From: Selaginella moellendorffii
Lineage: Eukaryota; Plantae; Lycopodiophyta
NCBI RefSeq assembly: GCF_000143415.4
Contig: NW_003314405.1
Coordinates: forward strand, 251,749 to 315,748
Direction: 5' to 3'
Length of the DNA stretch: 64,000 nucleotides
This document shows, in pieces, positions 1 to 9,348 of the stretch; positions within the stretch are counted from its first letter, which is position 1, and every line of letters begins with the position of its first letter. Made by a program: the position numbers and the translations under genes. The notes below the pieces were generated by a model. It ran no database searches. It saw nothing but the letters and a program-made list of their open reading frames with translations, and was not told the origin of the DNA.

Positions 1-629
1 CTGCACAGCAAGTAGTACGTGTACATGGCGACGTGAACGCCGGTGTTGGTGAGCAGCGCGATCACCTGGAGCGACTGCGTGAACTGGAGCCAAAAGAAGC
101 ACATCACGATCACGGTCGAGTGGTGGAAGACGTGGAGGAACGTCAGCGGCTTCTTGCGGAGGATGAGGATAGCGGTGTCGAGCAGCTCGTAGAACTTGCT
201 GAGGTAGTAAACGTAGGACCAGAAGAAGACCCTCCCCACGGATCTCGTCCCCAGCGGGAAGCACAGTAGCCAGTTGAGCCCCTTCTTCTTGTTCCACAGC
301 CACCTGTTCTCCTGGATCTCAATCACCGTAGCTTGGAGGCAGCCGATAAACATGGCCGCAGATCCCACCACGAGAACGATGTTGTGCAGCACTGGCACCG
401 GACCCAATGGAACCGGCCTCTTGCGGAAGCTGAGCAGGAGCCTGAGCAGCAGGACGAGCGAGAGGTAGAGCGGCACGGAGGCGACCAGGAACGTCCACGA
501 CGCACCGAAGGTGTTGAAGTCCCATCGGAATCTGGCAACCGGCGGGTGCTCCGCGGCCCAGTAGCGAATGCTCGAGCGGACGCTCCGCCAGGCAGTGCCA
601 TTGAAAGCATTGGTAGCACTGGCGGCCAT
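1..629 (-). CDS. GNS1/SUR4 (ELO) family fatty acid elongase, 3' end beyond the window edge
   Basis: Manual translation from ATG at 629: MAASATNAFNG...LCFPLGTRSVGRVFFWSYVYYLSKFYELLDTAILILRKKPLTFLHVFHHSTV...HVAMYTYY. Contains the ELO motifs KxxExxDT, FLHxxHH and HxxMYxYY. Absent from the ORF track because it runs off the edge. Confidence 0.93.
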   Translation of the reverse strand, partial: MAASATNAFNGTAWRSVRSSIRYWAAEHPPVARFRWDFNTFGASWTFLVASVPLYLSLVLLLRLLLSFRKRPVPLGPVPVLHNIVLVVGSAAMFIGCLQATVIEIQENRWLWNKKKGLNWLLCFPLGTRSVGRVFFWSYVYYLSKFYELLDTAILILRKKPLTFLHVFHHSTVIVMCFFWLQFTQSLQVIALLTNTGVHVAMYTYYLLC

Positions 630-769
630 TTACCTCTTCAGCTTTTTTGCTGCTTCCCTTGCCTCTCGCTCTCTTAACCCCTAAATACTTTCTGAAAGCA
701 AAGGAGAAAAAGCAATGTGAGAAGGTCGTCCAAAACTCACAGTTATTCAAAGATTCGACTGGCCCAGTC

Positions 770-2508
770 TCATGTAGTGTGCTCTGCGTAGAACTTGACA
801 ATGCTTTGGTCCAAGCGAAAGTAGTGAGGGATCTTGTCCAGCCGCTTCAAATCCAGGTCCAAGAATGATATCTGCGGAGTAAAGCTTGTCAAATGACTCT
901 CATCATGGGGAGTAAAGACTATACCTTGTAGACGTAAGATCTTCCAGTCGTTGGACAAGAGATGATGCTCCTGGTCACGGACGACGCAACGATGGAATCG
1001 TCAAGCGGCTTTAAGGTGACCATGAGGCTGCAATCCTTCGCAGTGGCGGCTATAAGAAACTTGCAGAGATTTCGTCTTTGCTCATCAGCTGGCATGGAGT
1101 GGGGGCTTGCGAATAAAACGGATCGCTTGTCAACGTCCGAATCGATGGAGCATCCTGTTTTGTCGGATCCACACTCCGGGCAGTGCAACCCCACGAAGCT
1201 ATAGTACAGGTGTATGACGCCTTCAATGTCCAAACTGTCAAGCTGTTGTGTCTGCAACAGCTTCCTCAGGGTCTCGCTGCTGTGCAAGATCTCCGCTATC
1301 AGCTTCTCGAGTACGTCCAACCTTTGGCCCGTCACAGAATCCGTGAAGTCCACCAGAGATCTTTCTAGAAGATCACGGCTCGCACTGCTGTCAGTCGAGT
1401 CCTGTGCACCGTCTACACTTCCAGTGAAGATCCTGTTGCCGTCTTTGAAAACCCGTAAGTTGTTCTGAGGACTCTTGAACAAGGCGTTCAAAGCCTTGAT
1501 TATTCCATCGCGCGTTCCAGAAAAGAGGTCAAGCGGGCAGTAAGAGCTAGAGCTTCGTATCTGTAGACAAAAGAAGAAAGAAGTTCATACTAGCTAGGTG
1601 AAAGAATCAATTTTGCATACCTTGCCTTGAACGAACTTGAGAAGCTGGTGCATTGCGAAGCGGGAAACCACCTTCTTCACGTGATTTTCGGTTGAAATGG
1701 CATCGGACTGTGGCAAGTATCCCCACTTGGGCTGAAAAAAAAGCCTGGCCATCACTAAAACCACAAGAGAAAGAAGAAACCAGACCTTTATCTCGATAGA
1801 CAAGGTGGGAGAGTCGGATTCATTCGCTCTCACGCCTGGAAAAGAGATGGTGCACTTAGAACTCTCCAAGTCAAACACCAAGCAACGAAACAAACCTGGA
1901 AACAAGGTGTGGTCGCACACGGCAAGAACGTTCTTGCTGGAAAAATCCAGGTCGGCTTCCTCAGCTCTCCATGCTGGTCGATTTGCTCGAATGTGTTGAG
2001 AAACGTCCTCCAAAAACTTTCTCGACACTGGGACGATTACCTGGAAGAAAAAAACTTCGCGTAAGACGCATCTCATCTCTCGAGAAGAATGAGAAAGGAT
2101 AGAAAGAAAAATCTTAGTAGAGAACACACACCCCGGAATCAACGTAGTCCTCACCCAGCAATGGCCGCATCACATCTCTCACGTATACGTGGCGCAATTC
2201 CTCTTCGTTGCTCGAGGACGCCACGGCAGGCCAATCTTTCCAGAGATTTCTCTCCAGATCGGAGAGAACAGGAGCGCACCCCCCTCCATTCTCTCGCAGT
2301 GGCGCCTTCCGGATCCTCAGCACTGTTCCAAGCTGCATGGAAGAAGCTCGCTTGGCTGCATTCTATCGAAATCCCGAGAAAGAAAGAAATCCAGACTTAC
2401 GAGCTGTGAATCCGATCCACGATAGTCGAGCACAACATTGGATGCGCCTTCTCCCTTGTAGCGCCAGTCGCCAGCGGCATTTAGAGCGCCATCGCCACAA
2501 GCATGCAT
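770..2508 (-). CDS. IPK1: Inositol-pentakisphosphate 2-kinase, multi-exon
   Basis: Exon fragments give DWRYKGEGASNVVLDY, VLRIRK, IEIK/PKWGYLP, SRFAMHQLLK, PQNNLRVFKDG, IAATAKDCSLM and FLDLDLKRLDKIPHYFRLDQSI, all plant IPK1 motifs, separated by short GT-AG introns. Confidence 0.92.
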
Positions 2509-2524
2509 TCCAATAGGCCTTCGT

Positions 2525-5365
2525 TTAGGGTTTATACCTGGTGGAAATATTTCTTACCAGTTCTTGCGATTTCCCGCGAGGAGGAGGCATTCCTGCCGAT
2601 CCAGCCAAAATCTTCGCCATCAATGTGTACGCTGCGCCGTGATTCTCATCCAAGCTCACTAGCGATCGAAATGCGAGCTCTCCAATCTCCACATTCTTCC
2701 ATTTCTCGCAGGCTCCAAGCAGCGTCGTCCACGACACCACTGTAGCGTCGTAGGGCATGCTCCGGATCATTGCTAGAGCCTCCTCCAAGCGATTCGCGCG
2801 TCCGAGAAGATCGATCATGCACTGGTAGTGCTCGATTCGAGGCTGGAATTCCATGCGCGCGAAGATTTTCTTGCCAGTTTCTACCAGGCCAGCACGGCTA
2901 CACGCAGTGAGGATCGAGAGAAGCGTCACACCCCCCAGCTCGATGCCTTCATCGACCATTCTCTGGAAAGTTTCCAGTGCCCGGGAAGAATCTCCTTGGC
3001 CGCCATAGCCAGCAAGCACTGCGTTCCACAACACCGTGCTCTTCGTGGCGATCGAATCAAAGACCTGGCAAGCAGCGCCCATCTTCCCACACTTGGCGTA
3101 GAAATCCACGAGCGAGCTCGCCACAAACTCCCGGCTTTCGAGTCCCTGGCGGCAGATCTCCGCGTGGATCGCTACTCCAGATTGGGGAGCCGCCATATTC
3201 GAGCACGCCGAGAGAGCCGCGACGTAAGTTCTAGCATCCATCGCCACTGTTTCAGCTCTCATGGACGCAAAGAGCTCGAGAGCTAGCTCGTTCTCGCCGC
3301 TGGCCGCGTATCCCAGGATCATCGAGTTCCATGGAATCGGCGAGGAGCTCCTTCTACGATCAAGCACCGCTCGAGCCTCGGCCATGCTGCCACACTTTGC
3401 GTAGAAATCCACCAGCGAGTTGGTGACGAAGACGTTGTTATCGAAGAACTTCCTCGTGGCTCTTGAGTGGATCCTCCTCCCTCTCTCGAGAAGCTTTCTC
3501 CGGTCGGGCACTCCTTCTAACGATTCCACCATGCTCGAGCACGCCACCATCGCCGCTACGAATGTTCTCTCGTTAACTTGGGACGTTTCTTTGTAGCTCT
3601 CGAACATCTCCAACGCCAGCTCCGGTTTTCCATTCTCGGCATAGCCTAGCAGCAGCGCGTTCAAGGCCACCACGCTCACGCTCGCTGGATCGAGATTTGG
3701 ATTCCCAGCTCCACACTTCTCGTCAAAAACTCTGCGAGCTCGATCCATGCTACCACACTTGGAGTACATATCCACCAGCGTGCATGCAACGTAGACGTCG
3801 GAATCACACCCCTGCTCGGCTGCTCGATCGTGAAGATCAGTCCCTCTCTGGAGCCAGAAACTCTTCCTTCTCCGATGATCGTCCCCTTCTTCTCTCGCGG
3901 CTAAGCTCGACACTGCCATCATCGCTGCTACGAAGCTCTGTGAATCCGGCCGCTCGTCCATGCTGGCGAAGAACTTGAGAGCTACATCGCTCTCCCCGCT
4001 TGCTACATATCCCAGGATCATCGAGTTCCAAGCTGCCACCGTCGGGCTTGGCACCATCTCCCGGAAAACCTCAAGCGCGTCCTCCATGCTTCCACTCCTG
4101 GCGTACATCTCCACCAGAGCGCTCGCGACGTAAGCGTCTAAATCGAACTGGGACTTCGCAGCTTCGGCATGGATTGCCAGTCCTTTCTCCAAGCATCTCG
4201 CCTTGGAGAAAGCTCGGCCATCTTCTTCTTCTTCCTTGGAAGCAGTGGCCAAGCTCGAGCAAGCCACGAGCACGGCAACGTAAGTTCGATCGTTTGGAGC
4301 GCAGCCAGTGGCTTTCATCCGCTGGAACTTCTCCAGAGCCAGCTCGCTCTTGCCGTTGAGAACACACCCGTGGATCAGTGCGTTCCACGGAACCGGGTCG
4401 CGAGAAGGTGTGACAGCTGCGAAGGCGTTCTCGGCGTCCTCCAAGCTTCCACACCTCGAGTACATGTCGATGAGAGCGCTGGCCACGAAAACATCACCCC
4501 CGCAGCCACTCTCCACCGCTCGATGGTGCAAATCCCTGCCTTTCTCCAAGCACCTCACTTTGAGAAGCCTGCCACCTTGATCTTTCACTGCCAAACTCGA
4601 GCAAGCCATCAATCCGGCCACGAACGTCCGAGAGTTTGGAGAACAGCCACTGCACTGCATAAGGTCGATCAACTCGAGAGCGATTTCTTCTTCACAGTTC
4701 TCCGCGTAGACCAGGATCAGCGACGTCCACGAAACCACGTCGTGGCAGTCCATGCGGTCGAAAATCTTGCGAGCATCCACCAAGCTCCCGCATTTCCCAC
4801 ACAAATCCAGCATGGAGTTCGCGACAAAGATCTCTGTGTGACAGCCCTTCTTCGCAGCGTCAGAATAAAGAGCCATTCCTCTCGCCAAACTCTCCATCTT
4901 CACGAGCTTTCCATCGATGAGCTCTCCCTGTTCTTTGGTTGCCAGGCTAGAACAAGCCGCCAATCCAGCCACGAACGATCGACCATCTGGTTCGCAAGCC
5001 AATCCTCTCATCCTGGCAAAGAGTTCCAGCGCCAGAGAGCTCAGATCGTTCCTCACATACCCCAGGATCATCGCGTTCCAGGGAGCAGCATCGCGGCACT
5101 GGATGTGACTGTCAAAGGACTTCCGAGCTTCTCCAATCTCTCCACACCTGGAATACATATCGATGATCGCTGTCTGGGCATACTTGTCTATCTTGCCGAC
5201 CTTGCCCGCGATGATCTTGCCGAGTTCCAGATCTTTCAAGACGCCGCAAGCCCTCAATGCCGCAACAAACTCTGCCGCCGGGCCAGCGCCATCGCTTGGC
5301 TCGCCAAAATACCTGGAAATCCAAGCGATCCCGCGCCTGGCCCTGCCGGCATTGCAGTATCTCAT
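2525..5365 (-). CDS. PLS-class PPR protein with E-type C-terminus, no DYW; likely organellar RNA-editing factor
   Basis: 946-aa intronless ORF with repeated P-L-S triplets (WNxMILGY / TFVAxLxACS / VASALxDMYxKCG), ending HYQCMIDLLGRA...WTTLLGAC...AYTLMAKI. The Arg-rich N-terminus resembles a transit peptide. Confidence 0.93.
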   Translation of the reverse strand: MRYCNAGRARRGIAWISRYFGEPSDGAGPAAEFVAALRACGVLKDLELGKIIAGKVGKIDKYAQTAIIDMYSRCGEIGEARKSFDSHIQCRDAAPWNAMILGYVRNDLSSLALELFARMRGLACEPDGRSFVAGLAACSSLATKEQGELIDGKLVKMESLARGMALYSDAAKKGCHTEIFVANSMLDLCGKCGSLVDARKIFDRMDCHDVVSWTSLILVYAENCEEEIALELIDLMQCSGCSPNSRTFVAGLMACSSLAVKDQGGRLLKVRCLEKGRDLHHRAVESGCGGDVFVASALIDMYSRCGSLEDAENAFAAVTPSRDPVPWNALIHGCVLNGKSELALEKFQRMKATGCAPNDRTYVAVLVACSSLATASKEEEEDGRAFSKARCLEKGLAIHAEAAKSQFDLDAYVASALVEMYARSGSMEDALEVFREMVPSPTVAAWNSMILGYVASGESDVALKFFASMDERPDSQSFVAAMMAVSSLAAREEGDDHRRRKSFWLQRGTDLHDRAAEQGCDSDVYVACTLVDMYSKCGSMDRARRVFDEKCGAGNPNLDPASVSVVALNALLLGYAENGKPELALEMFESYKETSQVNERTFVAAMVACSSMVESLEGVPDRRKLLERGRRIHSRATRKFFDNNVFVTNSLVDFYAKCGSMAEARAVLDRRRSSSPIPWNSMILGYAASGENELALELFASMRAETVAMDARTYVAALSACSNMAAPQSGVAIHAEICRQGLESREFVASSLVDFYAKCGKMGAACQVFDSIATKSTVLWNAVLAGYGGQGDSSRALETFQRMVDEGIELGGVTLLSILTACSRAGLVETGKKIFARMEFQPRIEHYQCMIDLLGRANRLEEALAMIRSMPYDATVVSWTTLLGACEKWKNVEIGELAFRSLVSLDENHGAAYTLMAKILAGSAGMPPPRGKSQELVRNISTRYKP

Positions 5366-5394
5366 TCATTCTCTCAAGAACCCTAGGACAAGAG

Positions 5395-7398
5395 CTAGGG
5401 CTCTTGACTACTACAAATGCTGGCCAAGAACACATAGGCTCTGGGATTTCGTGGATCTAAGCGGAGGATCTGCCGTGCCGCGTCGATCGCCATGCCGAAA
5501 TCCTTGAATTTAATGCAGGATCCGAGAAGACACAGCCAATCCGAGCTATCGGCGAAGAATGGCATGCTCTCTATCAGATTCTTCGCAAACCCGAGGTATC
5601 CTGCGCGACCCAGGAGATCGATCAAGCAGCTATAGTGCTGCTTCGTGGCCGCCATTCCAAAATCCCTGCCCATCGACGCGAATTTCGCCCTCCCATCACT
5701 CAGTCCTCCTTGCTGGCTGCAAGCGATCAAGAGCGCCACGAAGCACAGCTCGTCGGGCGATTCGAGCGTGCTCATCTCCGAGAAGAGATCGATCACGCCG
5801 CGCCAATCGCCCTTGCGGCAGCAAGCGCCCATCATCCCACTCCATGGTCGCTTGAAGGCTACTGGCATCCTGTCAAAGAGATCCCTGGCGCGATCGAGGG
5901 TCTCGTCCGCCCTAGCAAGCGCAGCAATCACAGTGCTCCATGAGGTGGAGCTCCTTGCCGGGATCGCGTGAAAGAACTCCAAGCATTTTGAAATATCCCC
6001 AGTTAGGGTAATTGCAGCGAGCATCGTGTTTGTAGCAATAGCATCGTGCTCGGGCATCAAAACAAATATCGCTTTCGCCCTATCCACGTACCCGTGCATG
6101 GCATAACACTTCATTAGTGATGTCCATGTCACCACACCCTTGTTGGGTATAAGCTGGAAGAAACTCTCTGTTTTCTGCAATTGCCCATATACGGCAATTG
6201 CTGATAGCATTGAATTCCAGAAAATTTCATCCTTGTCTGAAAAAGAAGGGCAACTAAATAGTGTTTTGGATTTCTCTATCTGTCCACTTGGCGCGTACAG
6301 TCCGATCATTGTCGTCAAGAGCGCCATATCAAGCCTCGGGATTTTTTCGAGCAAATACTCGGCTTGGATCAAATCCCCGTGGCGAGATAGCGCAGTTAGC
6401 ATTGCGCTGGAAGAGATTAGATCCCAGCATGGCATATCGCAAAAGAAAATGTTCTTGGCCATGTCCATATTCCCGGCTTGCGAGTAGAGATTGATGATAC
6501 ACGTAAATGACACCAAGCTTCTCTCTTTCATCTCATCAAAGACTCTTTGTGCTTGATCGATCGATCCGTCTCCAGAATTTGTGGCAATCATCGTGTTCCA
6601 AGTGAGGAGATCTCGCTCGGGCATTCGATCAAACAGCTCTCTTGCATTGACAACGAGACCAGCTTCGCACAGACAGTGGAGTAGTGTGTTGTAGGAACTG
6701 AGCGTTCTCATGGGGATGAGATGGAAAATTTGTAGCGCTAGGTTGATATGATCTGGGCTAGAGCAAACTGCTCCCAGCACCGAATTCCAGCTGACCTGAT
6801 CCCTCTCAGGCATCTCTTGAAATACCTTAAAGCAATCTTGAATACGCCCTTCATGAGCATATACTGATAGCATTACGTTCCAAGTGATCAAATCCCTGAC
6901 TGGAATTCCATGAAATATAAAGATTGCATCAGAAACATTTCGGTTTTGAACGTAAGTTGTGAGAAGCGTGTTCCACGACACTAAAATTTTCTCTGGCATC
7001 TTATCAAACACTCGTTTTGCCTTGTCTACATCCCCAATGCAGGCATATGCTGCTAGTAATGAGTTCCAAGATACAGAATCCCACGCTGGCATTTTATCAA
7101 ACAGCTGATTAGCTTTAACAGCTTCATCAGCACGACCATACGATGTGAGCATTGAGTTATAGATTGCAATGTCTTTTTGCGGTATTTTCTCAAAGAAAAT
7201 TCTTGCTTGTTCAAGGTACCCTGATCGAGCATAAGCAGTAAGAACCATATTCCACAGCATCAAGCTGTGGTGTGGCATCTGATCGAACAAAGCTTTGGCC
7301 TCCTCCAGTTTCCTCTTGCTGGTCAACTCATGAAGCATCCTTTCGTTGATACTAGTTGACTCAAAAATTCTCATGGATTGGGAGAGCATGTAAGACAT
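5395..7398 (-). CDS. PLS-class PPR protein dominated by 31-aa S/SS motifs, E-type C-terminus, no DYW
   Basis: Tandem ~31-aa repeats (FDxMPxxDxVSWNxxLxAY), ending HYSCLIDLLGRAG...WLCLLGSC...AYVFLASI. First in-frame ATG is at 7398 (the ORF track starts at TTG 7434), so the start is uncertain. Confidence 0.9.
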   Translation of the reverse strand: MSYMLSQSMRIFESTSINERMLHELTSKRKLEEAKALFDQMPHHSLMLWNMVLTAYARSGYLEQARIFFEKIPQKDIAIYNSMLTSYGRADEAVKANQLFDKMPAWDSVSWNSLLAAYACIGDVDKAKRVFDKMPEKILVSWNTLLTTYVQNRNVSDAIFIFHGIPVRDLITWNVMLSVYAHEGRIQDCFKVFQEMPERDQVSWNSVLGAVCSSPDHINLALQIFHLIPMRTLSSYNTLLHCLCEAGLVVNARELFDRMPERDLLTWNTMIATNSGDGSIDQAQRVFDEMKERSLVSFTCIINLYSQAGNMDMAKNIFFCDMPCWDLISSSAMLTALSRHGDLIQAEYLLEKIPRLDMALLTTMIGLYAPSGQIEKSKTLFSCPSFSDKDEIFWNSMLSAIAVYGQLQKTESFFQLIPNKGVVTWTSLMKCYAMHGYVDRAKAIFVLMPEHDAIATNTMLAAITLTGDISKCLEFFHAIPARSSTSWSTVIAALARADETLDRARDLFDRMPVAFKRPWSGMMGACCRKGDWRGVIDLFSEMSTLESPDELCFVALLIACSQQGGLSDGRAKFASMGRDFGMAATKQHYSCLIDLLGRAGYLGFAKNLIESMPFFADSSDWLCLLGSCIKFKDFGMAIDAARQILRLDPRNPRAYVFLASICSSQEP

Positions 7399-8055
7399 TG
7401 TTTTATTATAAGAATTATTAACAGAACTAGTCAATCGATTTCCTTAAGATGGAGCTGCTAGAGAAGCATGGCCTGACTTGCACATCTTCTTTGAGAGAAA
7501 AACCTTTCAGAATAAATAGCCATTGGGTTGTCAGCATAAATCACTTACACCTCGTCAAACTTTCCTTCTGGTCCATCATATTATCATCGAGCAGAGGGAT
7601 TGTGCAAGAGTAGAAGTTACCAAAGTATGGTGGTCGTAGGAAGTGGTGATATTGATGGAAACTATTTGGCATGCTTGCAGCTGAAGAGATCACACTGCTG
7701 TGAGTCTGTTGTGCGGGGATGTGATAAGGTCTTGCCTGAGTGCTGAATGTCCCACTAGAAAGCTTCTGTAGTCGTGATGAATTGCTGTGAAGATCAAATC
7801 CATCACCTTCGTCAACATGACACCGTCGAAAGAAAAATATGGCCTCGCTGGTGGGAGCAACTGTGGTAGAGCAAGGCCTAGAGCTGGTCATAGCTGGAGG
7901 GGCATGTTGCTCCATGTCGAAGTAGAAAGAAACTGCTGATGCCTCACAAATGCCAGCTCGCAATGAAGAACAGGCGAAGGATGGATACGTTGCTTCCATT
8001 CGGCAGCTTTCTTCTGCCTGGTTGCAAGCTCTGTGAATGAGCATGCTCTGTGAAG

Positions 8056-9015
8056 TTACAAGATTTTCTTGATTTGTTTCATGAATTCTTTCGTCACTAG
8101 TGTGTACGTGTGCTCTGTTGGGTGAATTAAATCCCAGAAAACATAATCACTTGGGTTCCTGCACAGCCCGCTCAAGGTATTTTTGTGTGATAGGCAATTG
8201 GGGCAACAACCCCCTCCATTCTGGAATCCAAACTTAATTGGGTTCTCCACGTACGATTTGATCAGTGAATAGCCGTCAACAAATGCACCTCTCATCCCTG
8301 GGAATTTCTTTGCCACCCCCAAAACAATCGCCCGAGCTTGCCAATTGAATTGTTCTACTAAATCGTTGATCTCTCTCACACAATTTCCATCCGACGTGAC
8401 AATAGGCACACAGCCTAACGGCCCAAGGCTAGAGTAGACAATCTTCCTGAATCCATATTTATAAAGTTGCTCCAAGCCTTTCTCCAATGACACTAGCATT
8501 GCTTCCAAGTCCACATTAGCAAGGTTTTGAAGATTTGCCGCAATGTCATTGCCACCCGAAGATATCACAACCACAAAGTCATTGAGATTCATCATGGGGA
8601 TCTTGTTGGCTAGCTGTCCAAGTTGTTTTAGCTGCTCATTAAACGACACGACACCCCAGTCTGAGTGAGTAGAATCAAGCAGTCCACTACCGTCTGACGC
8701 AAAGTTGATGCTTAGTGGAAGTTGGCTCCCACCTTTCAAGCCCAAGAATGGTTTTGAAAAGGGCAAACCGATCACTTTGTTTATCAGATCTGGAATTAGA
8801 AACCCATCGCTACATCTTCCTGATGGCTGGTTATACCTTGTCTTCCCATACGGCACAAAATCACAACGAGAAACAGAGTTCTTCACGTACTTGTTAGTTC
8901 CAACATCAAAGATTGAGTCTCCCATGTAGATAGTCCGAAGTTGAGGAACCGACCTCCCATACACGCACGCGCAGAGAGCCAAGATCGCAAACACCAACAC
9001 TAAAATCTTCGTCAT
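8056..9015 (-). CDS. GDSL esterase/lipase, copy 1 (intronless, signal peptide)
   Basis: MGDSIFDVG, GRCSDG, INFASDGSG, SGGND and FWDLIHPT blocks; hydrophobic N-terminus; TATA-like CTATATAAAC on the minus strand at ~9057-9066. Confidence 0.95.
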   Translation of the reverse strand: MTKILVLVFAILALCACVYGRSVPQLRTIYMGDSIFDVGTNKYVKNSVSRCDFVPYGKTRYNQPSGRCSDGFLIPDLINKVIGLPFSKPFLGLKGGSQLPLSINFASDGSGLLDSTHSDWGVVSFNEQLKQLGQLANKIPMMNLNDFVVVISSGGNDIAANLQNLANVDLEAMLVSLEKGLEQLYKYGFRKIVYSSLGPLGCVPIVTSDGNCVREINDLVEQFNWQARAIVLGVAKKFPGMRGAFVDGYSLIKSYVENPIKFGFQNGGGCCPNCLSHKNTLSGLCRNPSDYVFWDLIHPTEHTYTLVTKEFMKQIKKIL

Positions 9016-9348
9016 CTCGCCAAAACCTTCACGAGAGAACCTAATACAGAAAGCCCGTTTATATAGTGAAACGAGAAAAAGGTGAACCCACCTTTACAGC
9101 TGCGCTTCATGCCTTTTTGGATTAGAAAGAGCCTTGAACAAGTTTTTGTCGCTCTTCTTCTTCTAGCTCGCCAGTAGATGCGATTCACAAGGATTTCTCC
9201 ATGCCACTCGCATCATTGGCTAGAACAGGGAAATGGAGCTCTCCTTTGCGCAAAGGCGAAGGATTAAGCAAGCAAAGTCAACACTCGATAACCCATAAAA
9301 ATAACTCTAACGTAAAAAGGCTATAGGGCTTAGGGCTGTGCTGTGGCG

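Noticed and set aside
4169-5386. 405-aa plus-strand ORF
   Set aside because: Antisense shadow of the GC-rich PPR CDS; no recognisable motifs.
7541-8044. 167-aa ORF as an upstream PPR exon
   Set aside because: Lies in the GDSL 3' flank, crosses the repeat boundary and has no domain-like content.
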